Part shown: piece by piece, positions 23,489 through 33,437 of the stretch
How positions within the stretch are numbered: the first letter of the stretch is position 1
Layout: every line of letters starts with the position of its first letter
From: Ignavibacteriota bacterium
GTDB lineage: Bacteria > Bacteroidota > Ignavibacteria > UBA10030 > UBA6906
Assembly: GCA_963801355.1 (NCBI GenBank)
Contig: CAWDEM010000004.1
Location: forward strand, 64,001-128,000
DNA length: 64,000 nucleotides
Direction: 5' to 3'
The notes under the pieces: model-generated
The model's database searches: none
The model's input: only the letters and a program-made list of their open reading frames with translations
What the model was told of the DNA's origin: nothing
Program-made: the position numbers and the translations under genes

Positions 23489-23517
23489 AATATAGGGAGA
23501 ATCCGCGCAAAATTCAA
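23489..23517 (-). promoter_or_regulatory. Putative sigma70-type promoter of rsmA
   Basis: Minus strand TTGAAT-17 nt-TATATT. Confidence 0.6.
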
Positions 23518-23536
23518 ATCAAACCCCCATAATTCG

Positions 23537-23565
23537 TTGATTTTCAAGGGGGAATTGGTTAGTAT
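23537..23565 (+). promoter_or_regulatory. Putative sigma70-type promoter of the glycosylation operon
   Basis: TTGATT-17 nt-TAGTAT. Confidence 0.5.
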
Positions 23566-23609
23566 GCATTAATAATCTCATAAGTCCGAATCTCGCACAG
23601 CGAGCCCCC

Positions 23610-24671
23610 ATGATTGACACACCTGAACAACAGACGGCTCCTGCTCCTGTTCCCGTTCCCACCGGCCAGCAGCAGCAACCGCGGAACGTCCCGCAGCAGC
23701 GACAGCGTCAGAACGCTCCCCAGCGTGCCCCACAGCAGCCATGGAACGACCTGACGGTGCTCATCCCCCTCTATAATGAAGAGGAATCGCTCAAGGAGCT
23801 CCACCATCAGCTCAGGACCGTGCTCGGGCGGATGAATCTCCGCTATGAACTCCTGTTTGTCGACGATGGCAGCACAGACCGTTCATTTCAAGTGCTGCGC
23901 GATCTCAAACGGGTGGACAAGCATGTGAAGATCATCCGGTTTCGAAGGAACTACGGAAAATCCGCCGCCCTTGCCGTCGGTTTTGACAAATCGCAGGGGA
24001 ATGTTGTGATCACCATGGATGCCGACCTTCAGGACGATCCCGCAGAAATTCCGGCCCTCAAGCGCAAGCTCGAGGATGGCTACGACCTTGTGTCCGGGTG
24101 GAAGAAGGTCCGCCGCGATCCGATCACCAAGACCATCCCCTCACGGTTTTTCAACTTTGTGACCCGCCTGCTGACGGGCATCAAGATCCATGATTTCAAC
24201 TGCGGCTTGAAAGCCTATCGACGCGATGTGGTGAAAACGGTCAAGGTGTACGGCGAGCTGCATCGTTACATTCCTGTACTCGCGCACTGGGAAGGCTTTC
24301 GCATCGGCGAACTCCCCGTACAGCACCATCCACGCCGTTTTGGCAAAACCAAGTTCGGCTTCGGCCGTTTCTGGAAAGGCTTCCTGGATCTCCTGACCGC
24401 GTTGTTTACCACGCGGTATCTCCGCCGCCCGTTGCACCTGTTCGGCGTGCTGGGAATACTCGCCGTTCTTGCAGGTGTCATCATCGATCTGGTGCTTGTC
24501 ATCGAATGGTTCATGCAATTGACGTCGCTCGGCAACCGGCCCCTCTTCATTGCCGGAACCATGCTCATTGTCATTGGTATCCAGTTCATTTCCATCGGCC
24601 TGCTGGGTGAGATGATCAGCAAGACCCGGGCAACGACCGAGGAATACGCGATCCGGGAATATATCAAATAA
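23610..24671 (+). CDS. GT2 polyprenyl-phosphate glycosyltransferase (ArnC/GtrB/DPM-synthase-like)
   Basis: IPLYNEEE, VDDGSTD, RNYGKSAAL, MDADLQDDP, DFNCGLK and GELHRYIP; two C-terminal TMs; Q/P-rich N-terminal extension. Confidence 0.9.
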   Translation: MIDTPEQQTAPAPVPVPTGQQQQPRNVPQQRQRQNAPQRAPQQPWNDLTVLIPLYNEEESLKELHHQLRTVLGRMNLRYELLFVDDGSTDRSFQVLRDLKRVDKHVKIIRFRRNYGKSAALAVGFDKSQGNVVITMDADLQDDPAEIPALKRKLEDGYDLVSGWKKVRRDPITKTIPSRFFNFVTRLLTGIKIHDFNCGLKAYRRDVVKTVKVYGELHRYIPVLAHWEGFRIGELPVQHHPRRFGKTKFGFGRFWKGFLDLLTALFTTRYLRRPLHLFGVLGILAVLAGVIIDLVLVIEWFMQLTSLGNRPLFIAGTMLIVIGIQFISIGLLGEMISKTRATTEEYAIREYIK

Positions 24672-24683
24672 GACCGGACACCA

Positions 24684-25784
24684 ATGATCAAGCCGTGGTC
24701 TTCTCCTGATGCCCTGAAAACGGATTGCCGCTGGTTCCGCGGAGATGTCCCCTGCCGGCCGCACAAGCAGAAGGGATGCCACTGCACCGAAGCGGATGGC
24801 AGCGTGTGTGCACACTATCTGCCGCAATCGGGCAACACGCTCATCATCAAGCTCGGTGCGCTCGGTGATGTCATCCGCACGACCCCGCTCCTGCGCAAGC
24901 TTCAGGAAGTAGCACCTCAACGCCGTGTCTGGTGGCTCACCCTCAGCCCGGAAGTCGTTCCGGATGTTGTGGACGTCGTCCTTCCGTTCACTCCACAGAG
25001 TGTGGTCAGCCTGCAGGCGGTGCATTTCGATCTCGTGATCAATCTGGACAAGGACAGGGAAGCATGCGCGTTGACAGGCATCCTGCACGCCGATCAGAAG
25101 CGGGGGTTCATCCTGGTCAACGGCAAGCCCGCCCCCATCAATGCACAGGCGATGCCGAAGTACCTCACCGGAGTGTTCGATGACTTGAGCCGGGAGAATA
25201 CGAAAAGTTACATCGAAGAGATCTTTGACATTGCGGGGTTCACGTTTTCCGGGGAAGAATATCTCCTCGACAATTTTGCCCGTGACGGGTATACCTGGAA
25301 GCTCCCGTCGAAGAAACCCGTTATCGGTTTGAATACCGGATGCGGTGGCCGGTGGGTCTCCCGGCTCTGGCCGGAGCAATACTGGATAGTGCTGGCCAGG
25401 CGTCTGAAACGTGCCGGCTATGTTCCGTTGCTCCTCGGCGGCGAACAGGAACACAAGAAAAACACCCGGATCGCCAAGCGCAGCGGTGCACGGTATCCCG
25501 GCTATTTCCCTCTGCGGCAGTTCATCAACCTGGTCGACCAGTGCGATCTTGTGGTCACCGCCGTGACCATGGCCATGCACATTGCCATAGGACTCCGGAA
25601 GCAGCTGGTCCTGTTCAACAACACCTTCAACAAGCACGAGTTCGAACTCTATGGCCGGGGTGCAATTCTTGAACCCGATTTTGATTGCCCCTGCTACTAC
25701 TCGCCCGTCTGTCCGAACGATTGCATGCAGTACCTGCGGGTAGACACGGTCTTCGACCGGATCCGCGAACTCCTGCCAACGTAA
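24684..25784 (+). CDS. GT9 (heptosyltransferase-like) glycosyltransferase
   Basis: IIKLGALGDVIRTTP, GLNTGCGGRW..RLW and TMAMHIA; Cys-rich N- and C-termini. Confidence 0.85.
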   Translation: MIKPWSSPDALKTDCRWFRGDVPCRPHKQKGCHCTEADGSVCAHYLPQSGNTLIIKLGALGDVIRTTPLLRKLQEVAPQRRVWWLTLSPEVVPDVVDVVLPFTPQSVVSLQAVHFDLVINLDKDREACALTGILHADQKRGFILVNGKPAPINAQAMPKYLTGVFDDLSRENTKSYIEEIFDIAGFTFSGEEYLLDNFARDGYTWKLPSKKPVIGLNTGCGGRWVSRLWPEQYWIVLARRLKRAGYVPLLLGGEQEHKKNTRIAKRSGARYPGYFPLRQFINLVDQCDLVVTAVTMAMHIAIGLRKQLVLFNNTFNKHEFELYGRGAILEPDFDCPCYYSPVCPNDCMQYLRVDTVFDRIRELLPT

Positions 25785-25798
25785 CCATCCGTAACGCT

Positions 25799-28108
25799 AT
25801 GGCACGCTCAGCGACCAAACCGCGGCAGACAACCCAACGGATATGGGAGCCGACGGACTGGCAAGCCATCGGTTTGCTTGGCGTCCTTGTGGGGATTTTC
25901 TTCGCTCCCTTTCTTCTGGGAAGAGCGTTCCTCTGGGAAGATTTTGTCTACCAGTGGTATCCGTTCCGGCAGTTTGCTGCGCTCGCCCTGGCCGGGGGGG
26001 AAATTCCGCTCTGGAACCCCTACACCCTGGTCGGCATGCCGTTCCTCGCCGAGATCCAGACCGAGGTCTTCTACCTCCCGATGACCGTACTGACGCTCTT
26101 CCTGCGTGACGGTCGGCTCGATGTGTTCTGGCTTCAGCTGATGAACATCCTGCACTACTGGCTGGCGGGCGCCGGGATGTACCTGCTGTCGCGATCGTAT
26201 GGACTGCGCCGCTGGCCTTCCCTCTTCTCGGGAATTGCCTATGCGTTTTCGGGATTCCTTGTGCTGCACGCGATTCACCAGGTGATTCTCGTCGTCGCCG
26301 CATGGTTTCCGTTTATTCTCTGGATGTTCCGCAAGGCCTTCGCCTCACGTTCCTGGTCATGGGTCTTCGGCACGGGACTCGTTCTGGGACACAGCTTTTT
26401 CGGCGGCTCACCCCAGATGTCGCTCTTCTTCTATCTCTTCCTTCTCTGCTTCGTGGTGTTCGAAATTCTGGCCAACCATGGACTGCGCGGAATGCTGCAA
26501 CGGCCTGCCCTCGTCGTGGCTGCAAAGTCTGCCGCTATCGTGGCCATCTCCGTCGGCTTCGCGATGGTCCAGTTCCTCCCCACGCAGGAATTGTCCGCCA
26601 TGTCAGTCAGGGCCCAGATCACATTCGCCAAGGCAACGGAGGGAAGTCTTGGCTGGATGCAATTACTGACGCTGCTGACGCCGAAGCTTTTTGGCTTTTC
26701 GAACGTCCACGGTTCGCAGTACTGGGGACCGGGACCATACTGGCATTACTGGGAGACGTGCGTGTATGCCGGTCTGCTGCCGATTCTCCTGCTGGTCGTT
26801 GCGCTCAGTGTCCTGCATGCGAACCGCACGGTTCTATTCTACGGGGCTGTTGCCATTTTTGCGCTCCTGTTTTCCCTGGGTGGAAATTTCTTCTTATACC
26901 AGGGGTTCTTTGACTTCATTCCCGGCTTTGCATCGTTCCGCAATCCTGCACGCATGGGCGTCTTCGTCGCTTTTGCTGCGTCGCTGCTCTCCGCCTTCGC
27001 GCTCCACTATCTCAGTGAAAACCATGATGCACAACAGGCTGCCACTCTCCGGCGCGTGCTGTTCGTTGTGACGGGTGCCGCCGCCGGCATACTGGTACTC
27101 ACCCTGAGTGGCACACTCGACGGCATGCTCGGCATCCCGGGCGACGCGAAGGTGCAAACCCTCGTGCAGAAGGAGCTCATGCTGAGCCTGCTGCTCCTCG
27201 GTGCAGCCTCAGTCATTCTCTGGCTCTTCATCACCCGGAAAGGGGCGCTGCACTGGCTGAGCGCAGCTGCGTGTGCTCTCCTGTTCATTGACTTCTATGT
27301 CTTCAGCGCCGACCACAACACTTCGCCGGAAAACCCCGCCGAGCATTTCCGACGGGCCGACCCCATTGTCAGATACATCAAGCAACAGTCAGGGCTTTTC
27401 CGCGTCAACACACGCAATGCGCAAGGACTCTTGATGGATCGCAATCAGGGACTGGTCGACCGGATCTTCACTACGGAAGGATATACGCCCCTCATTCTCC
27501 AGCGTGTGTATCCACCCACCGACACTCCCGGCACACTGTTGGACCTTCTCAACGTGCGGTTCGTCACCTTCACCGATTCAGTGAACCGCCGGCTGGTTCT
27601 CAGGGAACGTCCGGCGGTGCTCCCGCGTGCACACATGGTCTATCATGTGCGCACTGTCGCGCCCGAGGAAGAACTTGTTGCGGCACTTAAAGATCCGGCC
27701 TTCGATCCCCGGACCACGGCATTGGTGGAAGGCGACTTCCCGTACCGGATGGAAGCACATGACAGTGCACCTCCTGCATGGAAAGCGGACATCACGGAGT
27801 ATCGCAACAACAGCATCCGCCTCACCGTCACCACCGGACGCGAAGGGTTCCTGGTATTGAGTGAAGTATTTTATCCCGGATGGAACGCGTACATTGACGG
27901 AAAGGCGACGCCGGTGTATCGCACTGATTATAATCTCCGCGGTATCTTTGTACCTGAGGGTACCCGGACGGTGGAATTCCGTTTCGAGTCAGCCTCATTC
28001 CGAAACGGCCTCTGGATTTCCCTCGCCACACTGGTCGTGTGCATTGCCGGATGGGGTGTTTCCATGAGGCGGTCACGAACCGGCAACAGATCTGCGGCGG
28101 CACAATGA
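25799..28108 (+). CDS. YfhO-family multi-TM GT-C glycosyltransferase
   Basis: GEIPLWNPY..GMPF, YAFSGF, FRNPAR, LPRA and LVLSEVFYPGWNAYIDG; many TMs. Confidence 0.85.
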   Translation: MARSATKPRQTTQRIWEPTDWQAIGLLGVLVGIFFAPFLLGRAFLWEDFVYQWYPFRQFAALALAGGEIPLWNPYTLVGMPFLAEIQTEVFYLPMTVLTLFLRDGRLDVFWLQLMNILHYWLAGAGMYLLSRSYGLRRWPSLFSGIAYAFSGFLVLHAIHQVILVVAAWFPFILWMFRKAFASRSWSWVFGTGLVLGHSFFGGSPQMSLFFYLFLLCFVVFEILANHGLRGMLQRPALVVAAKSAAIVAISVGFAMVQFLPTQELSAMSVRAQITFAKATEGSLGWMQLLTLLTPKLFGFSNVHGSQYWGPGPYWHYWETCVYAGLLPILLLVVALSVLHANRTVLFYGAVAIFALLFSLGGNFFLYQGFFDFIPGFASFRNPARMGVFVAFAASLLSAFALHYLSENHDAQQAATLRRVLFVVTGAAAGILVLTLSGTLDGMLGIPGDAKVQTLVQKELMLSLLLLGAASVILWLFITRKGALHWLSAAACALLFIDFYVFSADHNTSPENPAEHFRRADPIVRYIKQQSGLFRVNTRNAQGLLMDRNQGLVDRIFTTEGYTPLILQRVYPPTDTPGTLLDLLNVRFVTFTDSVNRRLVLRERPAVLPRAHMVYHVRTVAPEEELVAALKDPAFDPRTTALVEGDFPYRMEAHDSAPPAWKADITEYRNNSIRLTVTTGREGFLVLSEVFYPGWNAYIDGKATPVYRTDYNLRGIFVPEGTRTVEFRFESASFRNGLWISLATLVVCIAGWGVSMRRSRTGNRSAAAQ

Positions 28109-29226
28109 ACATCACCATCGTCGGCACAGCATATCCGTTGCGCGGAGGGATTGCCCACTACAATGCCCTCCTGGCGGAGGCGCTCACCAAGCGTCACTCG
28201 GTGAACACCATCACGTTCAAGCGGCAGTATCCGTCGCTCCTGTTCCCGGGCAAGACACAGCAGGAAACCGGCGATATCCCTTCGACCCCCCCTGCGCCGG
28301 AGCTCGTGGATTCCGTGAACCCCTTCAACTGGATCTCCGTGGGGAAGAAGCTGAAGCATGAGCGGCCGGATCTGGTCATCTTCAAGTACTGGATGCCGTT
28401 CTTCGGCCCCTGTTTCGGCACCATTGCGCGCATCGCGCGGTCGAACGGTCACACCAGGGTGCTCTACATTTGCGACAATGTGCTGCCGCACGAACACCGT
28501 CCCGGTGACCGGGCATTCACACGGTACGCATTCCGCGCCGGGGACTACTTTATCGTGCAATCAGCCGCCGTGGAGCGCGATCTCAAGCTCCTCCATCCCG
28601 GCGCGGCATACCGGTTTGCGGCACATCCGATATACAACAACTTCGGAACCCCCATTGACAGGGGTACCGCCCGTGCCGCCCTCGGCATTTCTGAAGAACG
28701 CGTCCTGCTCTTCTTCGGCTATGTGCGGCGGTATAAAGGTCTTCATGTGCTCCTGGACGCGATCCATGCATTGCCCGCATCGCTTCCGGTCAGGCTTCTC
28801 GTTGTCGGGGAATTTTACGACGACGAAGCCTCATACCGCGCCAGGGTGGAAGCCCTTGACCTCTCGTCGCGCGTGACAATAGTCTCCGACTATATACCCA
28901 ATGCAAAGGTCCGCGACTATTTCTCTGCCGCAGATGCAGTCGTGCTGCCCTACATTTCCGCCACCCAGAGCGGCATCGCACAGATTGCCTATAATTTCGA
29001 TACACCCATCATCACCACGGATGTAGGCGGACTCGCGGAAACTGTGAAGGATGGAATGACCGGCTTTGTCGTCCCGCCGGAGAATCCCGGTGCACTTGCC
29101 GATGCAATCAGACGCTTCTATGAACCGGGAACAGCGGCGCGGCTGGTGAAGGGCGTTCAACAAGAGAAACTCAAATACTCCTGGGATACACTTGTGGACG
29201 CCATTGAACAACTTGCCGGGAAGTGA
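28105..29226 (+). CDS. GT4 glycosyltransferase
   Basis: YPLRGGIAHYN, FFGYVRRYKGL, LPYISATQSG and TDVGGLAE. Confidence 0.9.
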   Translation: MNITIVGTAYPLRGGIAHYNALLAEALTKRHSVNTITFKRQYPSLLFPGKTQQETGDIPSTPPAPELVDSVNPFNWISVGKKLKHERPDLVIFKYWMPFFGPCFGTIARIARSNGHTRVLYICDNVLPHEHRPGDRAFTRYAFRAGDYFIVQSAAVERDLKLLHPGAAYRFAAHPIYNNFGTPIDRGTARAALGISEERVLLFFGYVRRYKGLHVLLDAIHALPASLPVRLLVVGEFYDDEASYRARVEALDLSSRVTIVSDYIPNAKVRDYFSAADAVVLPYISATQSGIAQIAYNFDTPIITTDVGGLAETVKDGMTGFVVPPENPGALADAIRRFYEPGTAARLVKGVQQEKLKYSWDTLVDAIEQLAGK

Positions 29227-29230
29227 CGAA

Positions 29231-30124
29231 ATGGATTTTGCCAGCGTCTGCCACGTGTGCGGTTCATCCCGGCTGAAGAATCTCCCCTTCAGATACCGCT
29301 ACGAGGAGTCCTGGCTCCAGGCGCGCGCATGCAGATCCTGCGGCGTGATTTTCCTTGACCCGCAGCCGACGGATCGGCAGGTCCGGGAGATGTATTCCCG
29401 GGAATACTTTGACGGGGACTTCCGTTGCGGGCACGAGGCCGGCTACTTCGACAATGAAACACTGAAGAATCTGGCCGGTGATGCGGCCATGCGTGCCATT
29501 CAGGAGTACAAAAGAAGCGGGAGATTCCTTGAGATCGGATGTGCCGGAGGCGCATTCCTGGACACCGCCAGGAAGGCAGGATTTGAGGCACACGGAGTCG
29601 AGGTGTCACCGGTGGCGGCGGAATTTGCACGCACGCAGTTCGGACTGGATGTGTTCACCGGCGATATCCTGGATGCACGCTTTCCGGCGGATCATTTCGA
29701 TGTGATCTACATGGGCGACGTCATTGAACATCTCCCTCGACCGGTAGAAACTCTGACGGAAGTTGTACGGATCCTTGCGCATGACGGATTGCTGGTGGTG
29801 GTCTGTCCATCACAAACCAACACGCTCTTCTCGCGCCTGGGTTTCTTCGCCTATGCAATGTTGGGGAAGACGGCCACCGTGTCCATGCCCCCGTACCATC
29901 TGTTTGAATACCGTCCGGCAAGCCTCTCGTTCCTTCTGCGGCGCTGCGGGCTATCCATCGCGCGCATCGACGCCGGGATTCTGCCTCCAGGAGAAATATC
30001 TCTGCGCGGCTCAGTCCTGCAGAACGCCGGCAAGAAAGTTTTTCAGTATATCAATGCCCCGTTGACGCATCTGTGCGGAACGTGCGGAGACCGGCTCAGT
30101 GTGTATGCCCGAAAGGGCCCGTAG
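29231..30124 (+). CDS. Class I SAM-dependent methyltransferase with N-terminal Cys pairs
   Basis: CHVC...CRSC, LEIGCAGG, DVIEHL and PPYHL. Confidence 0.85.
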   Translation: MDFASVCHVCGSSRLKNLPFRYRYEESWLQARACRSCGVIFLDPQPTDRQVREMYSREYFDGDFRCGHEAGYFDNETLKNLAGDAAMRAIQEYKRSGRFLEIGCAGGAFLDTARKAGFEAHGVEVSPVAAEFARTQFGLDVFTGDILDARFPADHFDVIYMGDVIEHLPRPVETLTEVVRILAHDGLLVVVCPSQTNTLFSRLGFFAYAMLGKTATVSMPPYHLFEYRPASLSFLLRRCGLSIARIDAGILPPGEISLRGSVLQNAGKKVFQYINAPLTHLCGTCGDRLSVYARKGP

Positions 30125-30128
30125 CATT

Positions 30129-30950
30129 ATGGTCGCCATCATACTCGTGAACTGGAACGGCAAGGTTGTCACGCTGGATTGTCTGGCCTCACTGCAGAAG
30201 GTGGATGCGCCGGATGTCCGGATCGTGGTCGTGGACAACGCCTCGCAAGACGGTTCCGTGGATGCGATCCGCGCAGCGTATCCGGGTGTGGATCTTGTTG
30301 TGTTGCCGGAGAACCGGCGGTTCGCCGGAGGGAACAATGCCGGCATCGCGCATGCCCTGGCGCAGGGCGCGGAGTACATTCTCCTGCTCAATAACGATAC
30401 CGTCGTGGCACCCGATTTCCTCACACACATGCTTCATCGATTCACTGCAGAACAGCGGTGCGGCATGGTGACGCCCAAGATCTTCTATGCGGATTCCCCC
30501 GACCGTCTCTGGTTTGCCGGCGGGGAGATCTCCTTCTGGACGGGAACGATGCGCCACACGGGCATCCGGGAAACCGATCGCGGCCAGTACGACGTTTCCC
30601 GTGACACCGGCTACGCAACCGGATGTTGCCTTCTGACTTCCCGTGACGTGATCCGGAAGACCGGCGCACTGGACGAGTCGTTCTTTATGTACGCCGAAGA
30701 TGCCGACTGGTCGATGCGTGTCCGGAATGCGGGATACCGCATCGTATATGAACCGCGTGCCCGCGTATGGCATAAGATTTCCGTGAGCGCCGGAGGACAC
30801 CTCTCATTGTTCAAAATGCGCAACAAGGCAATCAGTAATCTGCGGTTTTTTGTACGCCATGCGCGCTGGTATCACTGGCTCACATTCCCCTGGCTGAATC
30901 TCTTCGTGAATGCCCGGGCGGCGGTGCGGTACCTGACGGATCGGCACTGA
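30129..30950 (+). CDS. GT2 glycosyltransferase (WbbL-like)
   Basis: VNWNG, VVDNASQD, FAGGNNAG, LLNNDT and FMYAEDADW. Confidence 0.9.
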   Translation: MVAIILVNWNGKVVTLDCLASLQKVDAPDVRIVVVDNASQDGSVDAIRAAYPGVDLVVLPENRRFAGGNNAGIAHALAQGAEYILLLNNDTVVAPDFLTHMLHRFTAEQRCGMVTPKIFYADSPDRLWFAGGEISFWTGTMRHTGIRETDRGQYDVSRDTGYATGCCLLTSRDVIRKTGALDESFFMYAEDADWSMRVRNAGYRIVYEPRARVWHKISVSAGGHLSLFKMRNKAISNLRFFVRHARWYHWLTFPWLNLFVNARAAVRYLTDRH

Positions 30951-32281
30951 TGGAACTCGGCAAACATCTCGGGAAGGGGCTCTGGGGACTGGCGGACAAG
31001 ATTCTGCCGGTTGTGTACGGCCTCGGCTACGTGGTGCTCGTCATCCGCGTTCTTCCGGAGGAGGAGTTCGGCAATTTTGTGCTGGTCCAGGAAGTGTTTC
31101 TGGTGATCTCCGGACTCTCAACGGCATTCGCGCTTCAGCCGATGCTCAAGTTCGCGGCGGAAAAGAACAGCAATGCCGTGGAAATCGCCCGCGCGGGTAT
31201 GGTGCTGAACCTGTTGTTCACCGCCGGGGCCGCGCTTCTGGTTGCTGCGTTCAGCATGCCGCTTTCGGCGTTGTTCCATTCCCCGGGCCTGCGCATGCTG
31301 TTGTTGTTCGTCCCTGTCATGCTTGTCGCCTCGTTCATCCGGAACGTCGCGCTCGTCCTTCTGCAGGCGCAATTCCGCATTTGGGAAGTGTTCGTCATCG
31401 ATGCGGCACACTTTCTCGGAGCACCGCTTCTCACCTGGGTGTACTCGCACCTCGCGCTTTTCGATTCGGCAATGGAGCTTGTCTATATCAACATTATTTC
31501 CCTCTCGGTGTCGTCGCTTGTCGGCCTGGTACTGGCGCGGAACCTTATTGCCTTCCGGGGAGCTCCGCTGAAGCCCGTGGTGTCGCAACTCTGGAACTTC
31601 GGCAAGTTCGCCATCGGGGGCGCCGCCAGTCAGATGTTGTATACGCGCATGGACTCCTTCGTGCTTGCGGCATTTACCGGGCCTGTCACCGTCGCGGTGT
31701 ATAATGCCGCAAAAATCGTTACCCGCGTGTTTGAGATGTTGAACCAGGTCGTGCAGATGTTCGTTCTTCCCGCAACCTCGCGCCTGGCACACGAAGGAAA
31801 CTCCGCATCACTGCGCTCCATGCTGGAAAAGGTACTCTTTGTGACCCTTGTCGGGATGCTCCCCGTGGCGCTGCTGCTGCTTGTCGGTGCGCCGCTGCTG
31901 GTGCGCGTACTGTACGGCGACCGGTACGGTGAGGCGGCGATCCTCCTTCAGATATTCTCTCTGCTTTCTTTCTCCACACCGTTTCTTGCCGTGGCATGGA
32001 ATGCCCTCATGGGCCTGGGAGAAGCACGGGCCACGTTCAACCTCGGCATCGTCATGATTGTTGTCGGATTCGTCGCGTATGCGATCCTGATTCCATTGTT
32101 CGGCGAGCAGGGCGCGGCCCTTGCGTATGCACTGGTGACCGCAATGATCGCCGCACTCTCCATGGCCATACTGCTCCGCTACGTACCCATTACCGCTTCC
32201 GGTATCGCACGACGATGGCGTGATGTGCGGACATTCCTCATCACGCGACTGCGTGGATCTCGAAATACTTCTTCAACGTGA
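30950..32281 (+). CDS. Wzx-type oligosaccharide flippase
   Basis: About 12 TM helices, EEFG, D-x-F-V-L and AVYNAA, within a glycosyltransferase operon. Confidence 0.8.
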   Translation: MELGKHLGKGLWGLADKILPVVYGLGYVVLVIRVLPEEEFGNFVLVQEVFLVISGLSTAFALQPMLKFAAEKNSNAVEIARAGMVLNLLFTAGAALLVAAFSMPLSALFHSPGLRMLLLFVPVMLVASFIRNVALVLLQAQFRIWEVFVIDAAHFLGAPLLTWVYSHLALFDSAMELVYINIISLSVSSLVGLVLARNLIAFRGAPLKPVVSQLWNFGKFAIGGAASQMLYTRMDSFVLAAFTGPVTVAVYNAAKIVTRVFEMLNQVVQMFVLPATSRLAHEGNSASLRSMLEKVLFVTLVGMLPVALLLLVGAPLLVRVLYGDRYGEAAILLQIFSLLSFSTPFLAVAWNALMGLGEARATFNLGIVMIVVGFVAYAILIPLFGEQGAALAYALVTAMIAALSMAILLRYVPITASGIARRWRDVRTFLITRLRGSRNTSST

Positions 32282-32297
32282 GAACTCGACGGACATC

Positions 32298-33437
32298 ATG
32301 ACAGTCGCCATCTACAACGCCAGCTGGGAGACAATGGGCGGCGGAGAAAAGTATCTCTGCACACTCGCTGATGTCCTCTCGCGTGATCCCGCCTTATCCG
32401 TGACGCTCTTGATTGACCGTCCGGAAGTGACGGGTGACAGGCTGCGGCAATTCTTTGATCTTGCGCTCGAGCGGGTGACGCTGACACAGGTGAACCGGAG
32501 TACCCGCAACGCCTTGCTCTCGTCTGCGGATCTCGCCATCATCCAGACGAACTGGAAACCGATCCGAAGCCGGGCAGCCAGGACCGTGTATATTCTCCAT
32601 GTTCCGTATGGTCCGCTCGGCCCCGGCGCGTTTGCGGAACGGATGGTACACGGCCAGTTCAAAGAAGCACTCAAAGATATTATCCGCGGACGCCTCCTTC
32701 ACGAAGCCCGCAACGCCTCGGCGGCAATCGTCAATTCCCTGTTTGCCCGGGATGCGCTGCAACGCCATCACGGCATCCAGGCGACCTGCATTCAGCCTGC
32801 CATTGACGACTTCCAGCGCCCCGGCGAGAAAGAGAAGATCATTTTGAGTGCCGGCCGCTTCTTCCGCGGACTCTACAATGACAAGCGGTACGATGTCATG
32901 ATCGATGCCTTCAGGGATCTTTGCACACAGCATCCCGGACACGGCTGGCAGTACCGGCTCGCCGGCAGCTGCGGAAACGACGCACCCTCTCAAAACCACC
33001 TCACACGCTTGCGACGCGCGGCCGAAGGGCTTCCGGTGTCATTTCATGTGAACCCTTCGTACGCGTTTCTGACCGAGTGCTACAACCGCGCCACGATCTT
33101 CTGGCACGCGGCGGGCTTCGGCGTTGACGAGAACCGCCATCCGGAACGGATGGAACATTTCGGCATGACCACGGTTGAAGCAATGGCCGCCCGCTGTGTG
33201 CCGGTGGTCTATGAAGGCGGTGGGCAGCGTGAGATTGTCACCGCGGGGGCATCAGGATTTTTCTGGACAACACCGGAGCAACTCATCCGGAGTACACTCG
33301 CGTTGATGGATGATGCCGCACTGGTATCCCGCATCGCGGATGGCGCCCGCGCACGTGCCGCGGGATTTTCCCATGCACGCTTTGCACAACGTGTCTTCAC
33401 ATTCTTCCACGACCTTCTGGCGGATCACCATGGCTAA
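32298..33437 (+). CDS. GT4 glycosyltransferase
   Basis: MGGGEKY, SAGRFF, KRYDVMI and EHFGMTTVEAM. Confidence 0.9.
   Translation: MTVAIYNASWETMGGGEKYLCTLADVLSRDPALSVTLLIDRPEVTGDRLRQFFDLALERVTLTQVNRSTRNALLSSADLAIIQTNWKPIRSRAARTVYILHVPYGPLGPGAFAERMVHGQFKEALKDIIRGRLLHEARNASAAIVNSLFARDALQRHHGIQATCIQPAIDDFQRPGEKEKIILSAGRFFRGLYNDKRYDVMIDAFRDLCTQHPGHGWQYRLAGSCGNDAPSQNHLTRLRRAAEGLPVSFHVNPSYAFLTECYNRATIFWHAAGFGVDENRHPERMEHFGMTTVEAMAARCVPVVYEGGGQREIVTAGASGFFWTTPEQLIRSTLALMDDAALVSRIADGARARAAGFSHARFAQRVFTFFHDLLADHHG

Noticed and set aside
24141-25637. Long antisense ORFs (for example 24141-25637, 9844-10959, 41060-42241, 7482-8486)
   Set aside because: They are shadow frames of well-supported genes in GC-rich DNA, with no recognisable motifs.
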